This document shows positions 17,914 to 28,485 of a DNA stretch of 63,192 nt, piece by piece (positions within the stretch are counted from its first letter, which is position 1; the number at the start of each line of letters is the position of its first letter). This stretch comes from a virus (Duplodnaviria > Caudoviricetes): positions 1 through 63,192 of the IMG/VR virus record IMGVR_UViG_3300044960_000525. One strand, 5' to 3'. The translations under genes and the position numbers were made by a program. Below the pieces are notes generated by a model, which saw only the letters and a list, made by a program, of their open reading frames with translations, did not search any database and had not been told where the DNA came from.

Positions 17914-20900
17914 ATGGCTGTAGATCGGCTGGACATCATTATCAATGCTGTAGATCATGCGACAGCGAAAATTCAACATTTGAATAACAACATGGTCCGC
18001 TATCTCCAAGGCATGACGGTGCAAAACCGTCACTTGCGGACCGCCGTTCAGCAGACCAACGCAACGCTCCAACAGCAATCAGCCATTCTCCAGCGTACGG
18101 CCAACCAGCAAAGCCAATATATGCGAAATATGAGTGTGCAATTGAGCCATGTCATTCAGCGATTGAATACGCTCATTGCGAATACGCGACACTATACGAC
18201 GCAGACACAGACCGCAGCCACCGCCACGCGGACGGCGACGACCGCTACCCAGTCATGGGTGGGCGCTCTTGCCAATCTTTCGGGCAACCTTGTGCGCGTC
18301 ATTGATAATTATCGTCATTTGCTCTTGAGAATTACTGTTGGTGTTGTTGTCTTTCGTAGCACAACGATGGCTATCGGCGGGTTTATCAACGCCATCAAAA
18401 GCGGAATCCAAGAAGTCGAGAATTATGAGCGTGCGATCTTGAGTATGACCTCAGCGTTTGTGTCCATGGATAGGCGAACCACCAGTGCGAACATCAGTCA
18501 GATGTTTCAGCAAACCGAGGAATATGTTCGTGCGCTGCTCAATTCGTTGCGTCTGCTCGACGTTGAGTTTTCTGGGTCACTTGAAGATTTGATCGCTATT
18601 ACCCGTGAATTTGCGGTGTATGGTGTCGTGATTGACACCAATAATCGAAGGCACCTTGAAGGGTTGCGTGGTGTTGCTGAAGCGATTAAAGCCCTCTCAC
18701 CGCACATGGATACAGCGAGAGAAGCGGCACAACTTGTACGAGCGGCTGTTTATGGAATTCGTGGCGAAATGGATAACGTCACACGCGCCCTTCGACTCTC
18801 GGGAGAAGAAGGGAAGAAGTTCCGCGCTGAGATGAACGCCGCAAAAACTCCTGCAGAACGTATGAATATCATTTGGGAGGCGCTTGCGGATCGAACGAAG
18901 GGATTCATTGAAGCGGGCGAACGGATGCGATTTACGCTTGAAGCCTCGGTAACGTCCCTGGAGACCGTATGGACAATTATTAGTCAAGAAGGGTTCAAGC
19001 AGGTATGGAAAGACATTGTGTTGACGTTGCAAGAATGGCGAAGTCTGCTCATGGACAACAATGGACAATTGACCGAGATGGGACAGCGGTTGGCCGACGA
19101 GATTAATGTTCAGTGGGAGCGGATCAAACAGGCGCTACGAGACGCTTTTGGAGGCACAGAACTTCCTGATTTTATTGCGCTAGTCAGAACAGCGGGAGAT
19201 ATTCTGGTCTCAATTATTCGTACCATTAACACGATTACCAAGACATTTATGGAGTTCAAACGGACATGGGATGCGCTTCCTGGATTTATCAAACAATTGG
19301 CAACCATAGCGGTGATTGCGCGATTTTTGTTGGGTCTCGATATTGTTTCAATGTTCATCAGACTTGGGAGATTCGTTGGGAGACTGCTTCCCTATCTTGA
19401 TAAATTGACCACAGCCTTTTGGGGTTTGCGTCTTGCGACATTGGGGTGGTACGGGGCGCTGATTCTCATTGGGGCAGGAACGGTTCTCTGGGCTATTCGA
19501 ACGATTGCGAGAAACATCGAGCGACTTCAAATGGGATTGCCACCTGGGGTGTTTCCTGACCAAGCCCTGCAGAGTGTTCGAACGCCGATGCTTCGTCTTC
19601 AGATACAAGGTGAGCGTCCTGGGCTCGCAGGGCTCACCGTACCACGATTGGAATATGAGCGTCCTTGGCTAGAACCCCCGCCATTTGGTCAACCGATTCC
19701 GTCATTGATCCCCTCGAAGCCGAAGAAGCCGCCGTTCACACCACAACCGACTCCGCGTGCTCCTGACGACAAGCAGCAAGGTCGTGAAGGTCGTGATCCT
19801 GCGATTGATAGGTTGCGTGACTTTCTCGCACTCAAGCAGCGGCAGCGTGAACTGAATGAAATTACCGCGGAAGAAGAACTCCAGCAATTGCGCACGACAG
19901 GAATGGCGTTGGCGAACAAGATCAAAGACGTACGCGAGAAAGAACTTGCGCTCCATAACGTTCGTGTTCGGATGCAACGGGTTGAGCAGGAGATGTATGA
20001 GTCCAGAATTCGAATCAATCAGGAACGCGAAGAAGCCACTAAACAACATGCACAGGAAGTCGAGCGTCTTACTGAAGACCTAGAACGCATGGTTGAACAA
20101 GCGGAAACTGAATATGATGTCTCACGAATTCAGCAATATCTCGCGGCAGCCGAGGCTGCAGGGACAATCACGAAAGAAGTGGCTGATGCGTGGCTTGCAA
20201 AGGTACGAGCCGTTGTTGAACTACGACAAGAAATTCGTCAAGCAGAAATCGACTTTGAGAATCAACGACGGCAGGACGAGCAAGCGGAAATTGAAATTCA
20301 ACAAAAGAACGAACAGCGACGCAAAGACGCCGATGCTCAACTCGAACTCCTGAGAGCAGAAATTGATTTGCAAGAAGCACTGGATGCGATTCGCCGTGAA
20401 GGAATTATTGGCGAGCGTCAGCGATATGAGGCCGATCTGAGAGCGCGACAGCGCGTTATTGAGAATTTGCAGCGTCAACTGGATTTGATGGAAAAGGCTA
20501 ACGAAGAAGCGGCGAAAATGCCGGGAGGGGTACTTGTCTATTCACCGCGCGAGATTCAAGAAATTACTGATAAAATCAGGATTGCCAAAGAGGAGGCTAA
20601 TGCATTTCAAGAAGCGTTCCGTATTCGTACCGATCCTGTGGCCGCATGGGCCGCGGTGATTGAGCAAATTCGCGGATATGTCCATAATTGGTATGAGACC
20701 TTTCTGAGAGTCACCGATGCAATTGAAGGAGCGTTTCAGCAACTCTTTACCGATATTTTGTCTGGAAGCAAGGAGTTTGGCGAATCATTGTTGGACTTTT
20801 TCCGAGGGATCGTAAACGCAATTATTGCGGAATTGGCTCGACTCGCCGCGCGATGGGTTATTGGGTGGCTGTTCCCGTTTGCGAAAGGCGGGATCATCCC

Positions 20901-21234
20901 AATGGCTCATGGAGGAATGATTCCTGCTTATCAATATGGCGCTGTCGTTGCAACAGGAAGTCGCGCGGGGGTGTATGGAGAACCCACCTATCTCGTGGGT
21001 GAAGGACGTAATCGTGAAGCGGTGGTTCCACTGCCCGATAATCGTTCCATTCCTGTGCGATTCGAGAATGGAGGGGCACAACAGCCGCTCGAAGTAAAAA
21101 TCAAAGTCGTTCAAGTCTTTGATCCGCGTAATATTCCAAAGCCTGATCCTGATGAAATTCTCGCGGTCGTGGCTGCGGATGCAATGCGGGGAGGACCGAT
21201 GGCCAAGGTTATCAAGAAAGTAATTGGGCGGTAG
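17914..21234 (+). CDS. Tape measure protein
   Basis: 1106 aa, helical/coiled-coil; IIINAVDHAT N-terminus and FAKGG...LVGEG..EAVVPL C-terminus. Confidence 0.9.
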   Translation: MAVDRLDIIINAVDHATAKIQHLNNNMVRYLQGMTVQNRHLRTAVQQTNATLQQQSAILQRTANQQSQYMRNMSVQLSHVIQRLNTLIANTRHYTTQTQTAATATRTATTATQSWVGALANLSGNLVRVIDNYRHLLLRITVGVVVFRSTTMAIGGFINAIKSGIQEVENYERAILSMTSAFVSMDRRTTSANISQMFQQTEEYVRALLNSLRLLDVEFSGSLEDLIAITREFAVYGVVIDTNNRRHLEGLRGVAEAIKALSPHMDTAREAAQLVRAAVYGIRGEMDNVTRALRLSGEEGKKFRAEMNAAKTPAERMNIIWEALADRTKGFIEAGERMRFTLEASVTSLETVWTIISQEGFKQVWKDIVLTLQEWRSLLMDNNGQLTEMGQRLADEINVQWERIKQALRDAFGGTELPDFIALVRTAGDILVSIIRTINTITKTFMEFKRTWDALPGFIKQLATIAVIARFLLGLDIVSMFIRLGRFVGRLLPYLDKLTTAFWGLRLATLGWYGALILIGAGTVLWAIRTIARNIERLQMGLPPGVFPDQALQSVRTPMLRLQIQGERPGLAGLTVPRLEYERPWLEPPPFGQPIPSLIPSKPKKPPFTPQPTPRAPDDKQQGREGRDPAIDRLRDFLALKQRQRELNEITAEEELQQLRTTGMALANKIKDVREKELALHNVRVRMQRVEQEMYESRIRINQEREEATKQHAQEVERLTEDLERMVEQAETEYDVSRIQQYLAAAEAAGTITKEVADAWLAKVRAVVELRQEIRQAEIDFENQRRQDEQAEIEIQQKNEQRRKDADAQLELLRAEIDLQEALDAIRREGIIGERQRYEADLRARQRVIENLQRQLDLMEKANEEAAKMPGGVLVYSPREIQEITDKIRIAKEEANAFQEAFRIRTDPVAAWAAVIEQIRGYVHNWYETFLRVTDAIEGAFQQLFTDILSGSKEFGESLLDFFRGIVNAIIAELARLAARWVIGWLFPFAKGGIIPMAHGGMIPAYQYGAVVATGSRAGVYGEPTYLVGEGRNREAVVPLPDNRSIPVRFENGGAQQPLEVKIKVVQVFDPRNIPKPDPDEILAVVAADAMRGGPMAKVIKKVIGR

Positions 21235-21267
21235 GATACAATATGACTGACTCCAAGGGAGGGATGG

Positions 21268-21531
21268 GTGATGCCGCGTATTACTGTTGTGGCCGTTGAT
21301 GCGCTTGGCGCTCGTTCAGCCCCAGCCACCGTTGAGGTGCGTGTCAACCAAGCACCAGTCATTGACACTGTGACGGTGGACCCACCGCGAGTGAATCCAG
21401 GAGGAGAAGCACTCATCACCATTGTCGCACGCGACCCGGACAATGACGCGCTAACCTACGAGGTCACAGCAGACGTTGGAAGTATCGAAGCAACAACGCA
21501 GCCGCACATCTTCCGGTATCGTGCGCCATAA
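21268..21531 (+). CDS. Small Ig/PKD-like virion protein
   Basis: NQAPVIDTV...ARDPDNDALTY motif. Confidence 0.7.
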   Translation: MMPRITVVAVDALGARSAPATVEVRVNQAPVIDTVTVDPPRVNPGGEALITIVARDPDNDALTYEVTADVGSIEATTQPHIFRYRAP

Positions 21532-21541
21532 GGGGCCTCTA

Positions 21542-21778
21542 GTGTTCAATTGGCTGCTAACGCTCGTGCGACGGATATGGGACTGGCTGCGGGGCTGGCC
21601 GCTCCACCCAACGATTACATCTATTCAGGCTGATCCTACGGTCGTCGCCCCGGGTGGCACATCTACCATCACGGTGCGTGTGCGTGGTGGTCAGGTGCCA
21701 TATCAGTATGTGGTGAGCACCACCCATGGACGTGTCCAGCAAATCAGCGATGGGGTTTTTCAATGGCGCGAGGAGTGA
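21542..21778 (+). CDS. Small Ig-like protein
   Basis: PTITSIQADPTVVAPGGTSTITV, similar to the preceding ORF. Confidence 0.55.
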   Translation: MFNWLLTLVRRIWDWLRGWPLHPTITSIQADPTVVAPGGTSTITVRVRGGQVPYQYVVSTTHGRVQQISDGVFQWREE

Positions 21779-21784
21779 TGGGCG

Positions 21785-23605
21785 ATGAGTCCTGAACTCA
21801 CCATTCGTGTGCGTGACTCGTTGGGGTTGGAGGCCCGACGGACCGTCTCAGTGCCGGTGGAGACCGGTGCGCCCGTCGTACGCTGGTCCACGCTGGGGTT
21901 GACCCGTACGTCGTCGTACGTCATCCCGTCCGGGGTGACGGTACTGCAGGACGTAGACGACGCCGAGGTTGGCCGCCTCCAAGTCCTCGGTGTGCTGCGA
22001 GCAGATCGCACCCGCCCGACACGCCTCCGACTCTACGGGAACCTGGTCGTCACGGAAGGGGGTGTGGTGGACTACGGCACGCCGGAGGACCCGGTGCTGG
22101 TGGACTGTCGGCTGTGGTGGCCCGTGGTGGATGAGTCGCGGATCGTCGGGGGCGGCATGACCGTGCTGGAGACCGACCCCGGGCTGTGGGTGATGCACCA
22201 CGGCAGGCTGCAGACGCACGGCGCGCGCACGACCCCGTGGACGCGCGCCACGAGCGGCCTAGTGGCGGGGCAGAGCGAGTTCACCGTCGAGGATGCGTCC
22301 GGGTGGCGCGCGGGGGACGAACTCGCGATTGCGCCGACCAATCCACCGACGACGCCCTCGTACTGGATGCAGACGGAGCGGCGCATCATCGCATCAGTCA
22401 GCGGCAACGTCGTGCGGCTGACGCTCCCGCTGTCGGTGGCGCACCCCGCGGTGGTCACGCCGTGGGCGACGTACACCGCGGAAGTCGCGAACCTCACGCG
22501 CACGGTGAAGATCGGCGGGACACCAACCGGTCGCGCGCACATCTTCATCCACGCGCATCATCCACAGGCGATCCACTACGCGGAGTTGCACCACCTGGGC
22601 CCGCTGGGCACAGGACGAGGACGCTACGCGCTGCACTATCATCACAACTTCGATGGCACCGACGGTACGGTCGAGGAGGGTGTGGTCGCGCACGACATCG
22701 GGAGTAACGCGTTCGTCCCGCACCTGAGTAGCGGGATCACGTTCCGCCAATTCGTTGCCGCGTTCATCAAGGACAACGCCTTCTGGTTCGACCCGCGTCG
22801 CACGAATCCGAACGAAGCCTTCATGGATTGGGGGCGTGTGACCTACGACCGCTGTCTCTCGATCCAGGTCGGCGATGGCGGCAACGACGACCACTATTTC
22901 CTCGGGGCGGGTGTGGGCAACCGCTGCCTCGACTGCGTGGCGGTCGGCGGCGAGGCCAAGGGCTTCAACTGGCCCGAGGATGAGAGTTTGGGGAGTCAGC
23001 CGGGGCAGGGGGTGTGGGAGTTCCGTCACGGGCTCGCGCACAACGTGCGGTTCCTCGGTCTGCGGAGTTGGCAGAACGATCCCTGGCTGCACACCATCGA
23101 CGGGTTCGATGGATACTACTGCCGCGAACAGGGACGTGAACCGTTCGCGGTGGAGTTGGGCGCGTACACCCTGCGCTACCAGATGCACCGGTTGCGCCTG
23201 TGGTGGCCCTCGGGGATCAAGACCCACGCGGTCGGGATCGACCACTATCACCACGAGCAGGATGGTCGCGGCGTGGAGGACTTCGCCCTCTGGGCGCGGG
23301 ACGACCAAGCGTTCAGCGAGCATGTCCCGCGTCTCATCGTGGCCCCCGTCTGGCGGAACTATCGGGTCGCGGGACTGGGCGTCCTGCGTACCACCGATGG
23401 GCAAGGTCGTTTGCAGGCCGTCAAGTACGAACTTCGCAACCCACAGACCCCGGGGACGCCGACGCCCGTGTGGTTCGCGGACGACTGTCACCCGGACTGT
23501 GAGGTGCTGCTCGTCCGCGACGGTCAGCCCACGCTGCGTCTGCGACGGCGGGATCAGCCGGGGACGTATGACCCGCGATTCAACGCGTCGGTGACGGTGC
23601 TCTGA
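21785..23605 (+). CDS. G8-domain/beta-helix-like protein (possible receptor-binding protein or depolymerase)
   Basis: AEVANLTRTVKI, LGPLG..GRYALHYH and FVPHLSSG motifs like G8/PbH1 proteins; GC-rich codon use. Confidence 0.65.
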   Translation: MSPELTIRVRDSLGLEARRTVSVPVETGAPVVRWSTLGLTRTSSYVIPSGVTVLQDVDDAEVGRLQVLGVLRADRTRPTRLRLYGNLVVTEGGVVDYGTPEDPVLVDCRLWWPVVDESRIVGGGMTVLETDPGLWVMHHGRLQTHGARTTPWTRATSGLVAGQSEFTVEDASGWRAGDELAIAPTNPPTTPSYWMQTERRIIASVSGNVVRLTLPLSVAHPAVVTPWATYTAEVANLTRTVKIGGTPTGRAHIFIHAHHPQAIHYAELHHLGPLGTGRGRYALHYHHNFDGTDGTVEEGVVAHDIGSNAFVPHLSSGITFRQFVAAFIKDNAFWFDPRRTNPNEAFMDWGRVTYDRCLSIQVGDGGNDDHYFLGAGVGNRCLDCVAVGGEAKGFNWPEDESLGSQPGQGVWEFRHGLAHNVRFLGLRSWQNDPWLHTIDGFDGYYCREQGREPFAVELGAYTLRYQMHRLRLWWPSGIKTHAVGIDHYHHEQDGRGVEDFALWARDDQAFSEHVPRLIVAPVWRNYRVAGLGVLRTTDGQGRLQAVKYELRNPQTPGTPTPVWFADDCHPDCEVLLVRDGQPTLRLRRRDQPGTYDPRFNASVTVL

Positions 23606-24678
23606 TGGCCCTGGTGACGTTCTCGCGCTCCTTCTACTGGCCCCAGGTCTTCCGCACCGCGGGTGGTGATCCGACGGGAGAGTTCGGCACGACCGCGCTC
23701 AACGCGAGCGGGCATCGCTTCGGCTGGGTGTTCACCGCGCCGGTCGGGGGATCGTGGGAAGGATTCGGCTTCCGCACGGGGAGCGTGACGACGGCGAGGG
23801 ATACGGATGCGCGCGCCGAGACGGTGGGCAGCGACGCCAACCCCACCGGCACGCTGGTCGCGACGGGTGCGCAGGTCACGATTCCGGCGGCATCCATCAC
23901 GGCGAACACCTGGATCACCGCGACGTTCGGAACCGCGCCCACCATTGCGGCAGGAGACGAACTCGCGGCGGTGCTTGCGCCCACCAGCACGCCGAACTAC
24001 CAGACCGCGAACCGTCTCATCAGGCACCTGGAGTCGTTTTGGCCTGCTGGACGGTTCTGGGGCGGCTCGTCGTGGACACACTTGCCCAACTGGCTCGTCT
24101 TCGCCGTTCGTATTGATGGGACCTGGATTTTCCTGCCCGGTGCGATCCCTATCGCAAGCCATCAGAACGTGCTCTTCCGCACCGGCCAGAGCCCCTCCGA
24201 GGTCGGCGTGTACCTGACGCCTTCGGTCCGCCTGCGCACCGTCGGGTTTCTGGTCAGCGGGTTTTCGTTCATGTCTGACGGTACCACTGCGACGGTGCGG
24301 GTGCGAGCGCTCGACAACACGGTGCTCGCGGAGTCCACGGGCTGGCGGGGCGGGATGCGGACGGCGCTGGGCAGCAACGCGTCGCAGTTACGCGGACGCT
24401 GGGCGAGTCCGACGACGCTGGAGCCGAACATCACCTACAGGTTGGTGATCGAGGGCACATCGTCCACTGACAACTGCCGCTTGCAGTATCAGCGGCTCCC
24501 GTCCACCGCGTACGCGACCGCGATGCCGCAGGGGTCTGGCCACTATCGCACCGAGCGGTCGGGCTCGGGCTCGTGGACGGACACGGACACCGACTACGCG
24601 AACATGGCGCTGGAGATCGACGCGGTCGAGGGGGGCGAAACTGTCCTCGTGCCGCGCCGGACGACGTACTTCGCCTAA
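23605..24678 (+). CDS. Hypothetical virion protein
   Basis: Overlapping TGATG junction; Thr/Gly-rich. Confidence 0.7.
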   Translation: MALVTFSRSFYWPQVFRTAGGDPTGEFGTTALNASGHRFGWVFTAPVGGSWEGFGFRTGSVTTARDTDARAETVGSDANPTGTLVATGAQVTIPAASITANTWITATFGTAPTIAAGDELAAVLAPTSTPNYQTANRLIRHLESFWPAGRFWGGSSWTHLPNWLVFAVRIDGTWIFLPGAIPIASHQNVLFRTGQSPSEVGVYLTPSVRLRTVGFLVSGFSFMSDGTTATVRVRALDNTVLAESTGWRGGMRTALGSNASQLRGRWASPTTLEPNITYRLVIEGTSSTDNCRLQYQRLPSTAYATAMPQGSGHYRTERSGSGSWTDTDTDYANMALEIDAVEGGETVLVPRRTTYFA

Positions 24679-24693
24679 TCAGGAGGGGCGCCG

Positions 24694-25155
24694 ATGGCAC
24701 GGGTCTACAGCATTGTGGTCGATGCGTTGTCCGTCAACGCGGTGACCGATCTCGTCTACATCAAGCCGCACGCGACGCGGGGTTTCGTCGTACACGAGGT
24801 GCTGGTCACGCAGGACACGAGCGAGACCAGCGAGCAGTTGCCGCTCAACCTGTTCCGCACCGCGACGGACAATGCGGCCCAGGGGACCGCGGGGACCGCG
24901 AACCCGCTGGTGCCTGGCGATTCGGCGTTCGGCGGTACGGTACGCGTGGGCATCACCGGCGCCAACCTCGCCGCGGAGACGACGCTGCTGCGGCGCGAAT
25001 CGCAGAACGTGCTCGGCGGATGGCATTACCTCCCGACGCCGGAAGCACGGTATGTCTTCCCCGGCGGCGGGCATGGCTTCGTCGTCAAACTCGACGCGGC
25101 CCCATCGTCCGCGCTGACCATTTCGGTGACGGTGACGATTGAAGAACTCTTTTAG
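24694..25155 (+). CDS. Hypothetical virion protein
   Basis: AGGAGG RBS; beta-rich. Confidence 0.7.
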   Translation: MARVYSIVVDALSVNAVTDLVYIKPHATRGFVVHEVLVTQDTSETSEQLPLNLFRTATDNAAQGTAGTANPLVPGDSAFGGTVRVGITGANLAAETTLLRRESQNVLGGWHYLPTPEARYVFPGGGHGFVVKLDAAPSSALTISVTVTIEELF

Positions 25156-25165
25156 TTAGCGACCG

Positions 25166-26605
25166 ATGCGGACATGGGTCTACCGCCGCCCTCCGCAGGA
25201 ACGCCCACGACGTGGGTCGTGGGTGGTACTCCACTCCGGTCAAGAACTGCAATCGCTATTTGCGAGCGTGACTGTTCCTTGGGACAGTAGCGGCGCAATT
25301 GCGCACACAGCAACCATTCCATGGACATCGACACGCACGCTCGTGCAGACACCAAGCGTCCCGTGGGAGTCCCTAGCCTCACGAGAACGCGCGGCGGAGT
25401 CACTCTGGGAAAGTCTGTCTGGGATTACTCACAGCCACGCGATCTCGTGGGAGAGTCTGTTTGGAATTGTTCGCAGCGACACCGTCGTATGGGAAAATCT
25501 GCACAGTGTGCTCCGCAGCGATAGCGTTCCATGGGAACATCTATTCCGCTTGTTCCGCGAACATGATACGTCATGGGAGAGTCTGCAAGGTGTGCTCCGC
25601 AGCGATGCGATTGCATGGGAGAATCTACACACACTGCTCCGCGGCGAGGGTCTCTCGTGGGAGAGTGTGCAGACCATCTCCCGCAATAATAGTGTGGAAT
25701 GGGAACATCTCCACGGTCTCCTCCGCAGCGATGCGATTCCATGGGAAAGTGGTCATGGAATACAACGTAGCGAGAACATCCCATGGGCATCAGGCGGAAC
25801 AGCCACACAAACGGGAAGTATTTCGTGGGAATCGTTGGAAAGACTCGCGCAAAGCGGAAGTCCTTTGTGGGAATCCGTGCAGGGAGTATTTCAGACAGTC
25901 ACGAGTGTGTGGGAAGCCCTTCACGGGCTTGAACACTCTGCGGTGATGTTCTGGGAATCAGGAGGAACAGCCACAGGACTTGTTCTTGTTCCCTGGGAAT
26001 CGCTCGCACATCGTGAGCGTCATGCGCAGACTGTCTGGGAAGCCCTCCATGGACTCCGACGTTCTGACGATGAACCGTGGGAAGCCCTCCAGCACATAGC
26101 ACCCGCTGTTGTGGTTGTGTGGGAAGCCGCAGGCACGATCACACGTCTCTCTGATGTCCTGTGGGAAAGTCTTCAGCATCGTCTCCAACGTGAAGATGTT
26201 CACTGGGAGTCGCTGCGCGACATTACCGCGTTGACGACTCCTTCATGGGAGGCTTTGCGGGCCCTTTCAACTCATGCTATTCTAGTGTGGGAAGCCGGTG
26301 AGTACTGTCTTGCGATGGCGGTGGTTCCATGGGAATCTACAGGCGAAGTGCTTGCAACAGTCACACAGCACGCGCTGATTCCTTGGGAATCCATAGGATT
26401 CGTTCACGGGGTGGCGGTGGTTCCATGGGAATCGGTTCCCTTCCACGACATTCCACTTCAACACTTTCGCGTCACGTCACTCCCAATTTTTCTGGTTCAC
26501 GAGTCCGCAGTGTTTCGTGTAGCACCACTTTCGATATTTGTCGTCACGTACGATCTCAACCTTCGTGTTGCTAAAATTCGTGTATTTATTGTGCCAAAAG
26601 CATGA
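25166..26605 (+). CDS. Fibre-like protein with 14-aa (V/I)xWE(S/A) repeats
   Basis: More than 25 Trp-anchored repeats at mostly 14-residue spacing. Confidence 0.75.
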   Translation: MRTWVYRRPPQERPRRGSWVVLHSGQELQSLFASVTVPWDSSGAIAHTATIPWTSTRTLVQTPSVPWESLASRERAAESLWESLSGITHSHAISWESLFGIVRSDTVVWENLHSVLRSDSVPWEHLFRLFREHDTSWESLQGVLRSDAIAWENLHTLLRGEGLSWESVQTISRNNSVEWEHLHGLLRSDAIPWESGHGIQRSENIPWASGGTATQTGSISWESLERLAQSGSPLWESVQGVFQTVTSVWEALHGLEHSAVMFWESGGTATGLVLVPWESLAHRERHAQTVWEALHGLRRSDDEPWEALQHIAPAVVVVWEAAGTITRLSDVLWESLQHRLQREDVHWESLRDITALTTPSWEALRALSTHAILVWEAGEYCLAMAVVPWESTGEVLATVTQHALIPWESIGFVHGVAVVPWESVPFHDIPLQHFRVTSLPIFLVHESAVFRVAPLSIFVVTYDLNLRVAKIRVFIVPKA

Positions 26606-26625
26606 GCCCATAAGGAGGATATACC

Positions 26626-27363
26626 ATGCCGATCAGTGCCAACGATCTCATCCCCTATCTTGCCGAGAACAATCCAGACGACGATGTGTCGACCGGGGGT
26701 GGAGGCATTGAGACTCTCGGTCGCCCAACGTTCACGCAGTGGACGGCCAATGCGGTGGTGGCTGTCGTCTCCGATGGAACCGATACTCGTACCTTGAACG
26801 TCGAAGGACGCTCTCCGACTGGAAGTATTGTCACCGATGCGATTGTCTTGAACGGGACCACCGAAGCGGTGGGCACAGTCACCTTTGAGCGTATTCTGAA
26901 ATTGAGTTTGTCCACAACCGATGCGAGTCGAACGGTCACAATTCGACAGGGAGCAGGCGGCCCAACACGAGCGACCATTGATCCGAACGAACGGTTTCGC
27001 TTTGCGCATTTCAAGCGCAGTGCGTCAGAAGCCACCACGGTTACTCGATACGATAAATTGCATTGGAAAAACACCCACGCGACGCTGACGTTGCAAAATG
27101 CCAAGGTACAGTTGGCTGCTGATCCTGACGCCCGTATTCGTCAGGGCATCCATACGTCGAAAAACGATACCGTCACCATTGCCAACCGCAAAACCGCACC
27201 ACCAGGAATCACGTTTGTTGATGATACCGTTGACCAGGATGTTCCCGGCACCACGCTTGAAGCGGGATCGTCCATCGGTGTCTGGTATGAGCAAACGCTT
27301 CCCGCAAACGATCCCGCGCATCGAACCACGTATACATCACAAATTACTGGACAAACTGTCTAG
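26626..27363 (+). CDS. Hypothetical virion protein
   Basis: AAGGAGG RBS; Thr-rich; tail module. Confidence 0.7.
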   Translation: MPISANDLIPYLAENNPDDDVSTGGGGIETLGRPTFTQWTANAVVAVVSDGTDTRTLNVEGRSPTGSIVTDAIVLNGTTEAVGTVTFERILKLSLSTTDASRTVTIRQGAGGPTRATIDPNERFRFAHFKRSASEATTVTRYDKLHWKNTHATLTLQNAKVQLAADPDARIRQGIHTSKNDTVTIANRKTAPPGITFVDDTVDQDVPGTTLEAGSSIGVWYEQTLPANDPAHRTTYTSQITGQTV

Positions 27364-27377
27364 GGAGGCGCTCATGC

Positions 27378-27830
27378 ATGAACATCGAAGAGATTCTCCA
27401 ACGAGTCGAGGCTGGTGAGGCCATCACCCGCGCGGACGCGAACGCCGTTGTGCGTCTCTGTGAGCGTCGGTGTCGAGGCAACACGCTTGTGCCTCCCGAG
27501 ATTCAAAAGAAATACTTTGCGTTTCTGGCTGACCCAACGATTGACACGCATACCCTCTTTTCCGCGTTTCTCAATGAAGACTTCGAGGGAGCCGCTGATG
27601 TGAGGACCTATGCGCAGACACGGCTCGCTGTACGAGGACGCGACGATGTACGATCCGCGCTCATTGACGCGCTCCGCGCACGAGCCGCAGATGTTGGTCA
27701 GGGATGCGGGTATGATTTCAACGATATTGTGTGTGCTGGACCGTTCGATGGACGTGAATACCCATTTGTCTGCCCGCAGTGCGGGGTTGAGGGGACCTAT
27801 CGCGCGCCGAGGTTTGTGCTCAATGGCTGA
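27378..27830 (+). CDS. Hypothetical protein with C-terminal CxxC
   Basis: GGAGG RBS; CPQCG motif. Confidence 0.65.
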   Translation: MNIEEILQRVEAGEAITRADANAVVRLCERRCRGNTLVPPEIQKKYFAFLADPTIDTHTLFSAFLNEDFEGAADVRTYAQTRLAVRGRDDVRSALIDALRARAADVGQGCGYDFNDIVCAGPFDGREYPFVCPQCGVEGTYRAPRFVLNG

Positions 27831-28134
27831 ACCCCTGTTTCGCGCCGATCCAAAACAGCCCAGCGAAATTTATCCCATTGCGGTTGATTGGGAAAATCGG
27901 CTCTCTCCAGGGGAAACAATTGTCACCCATGGAGCGTCGGCAATTCGTCTTGATACCGGCGCTGATGCGACCAGTGATTTGTTGATTTTGCCCACATCTA
28001 TTGTGGGAACGCAGCAGCGTGTCACCCTGAAAAATGGGAGTCACGGTGTCTATTATAAAGTCACCTTCACCATTACGACGAGCGCCGGTCATCTGCTTGA
28101 GGCCGATGTCATTCTTCCTGTGGTTGAACGGTGA
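27823..28134 (+). CDS. Fibre-tail adaptor-like protein
   Basis: KQPSEIYPIAVDW...GETI...GVYYKVTFTITTSAG pattern. Confidence 0.6.
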   Translation: MAEPLFRADPKQPSEIYPIAVDWENRLSPGETIVTHGASAIRLDTGADATSDLLILPTSIVGTQQRVTLKNGSHGVYYKVTFTITTSAGHLLEADVILPVVER

Positions 28135-28140
28135 GTCCTG

Positions 28141-28485
28141 ATGGCTGTCTATCCCGATAGTCCGCGTCCAGGGTCCATTGAGATCGAGCGATTGCAGTAC
28201 GATATGCTGAGCGATGATTGGCGGCGAGTGACGCGACAGGTTCGACGACGCCATCTTGTGATGCATCGACGAGTGTCGCTCCGGTATCCGTCATTGTCTG
28301 TGGCCCAATTTGAACTGTTCTTGAACTTCTATACTGCGCGTCGCGGGCCCGCAGAACGATTTGAGTACGTCCATCCCGTGACCGGAGAACAATATATGGT
28401 TCGATTTGCGGCTCCCCTCCAATGGGCCCATATCCCGCATAGTGATCGGTATATGCTTACCGTGGAACTCAAAGAAGCACCATGA
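28141..28485 (+). CDS. Distal tail/minor tail protein (gpM/DUF2460-like)
   Basis: LNFYTARRGPAERFEYVHP...VRF motif. Confidence 0.7.
   Translation: MAVYPDSPRPGSIEIERLQYDMLSDDWRRVTRQVRRRHLVMHRRVSLRYPSLSVAQFELFLNFYTARRGPAERFEYVHPVTGEQYMVRFAAPLQWAHIPHSDRYMLTVELKEAP

Noticed and set aside
22394-23491. Long minus-strand ORFs (e.g. 22394..23491, 30794..31723, 39773..40681)
   Set aside because: Antisense shadows of well-supported + strand genes, with no recognisable motifs.
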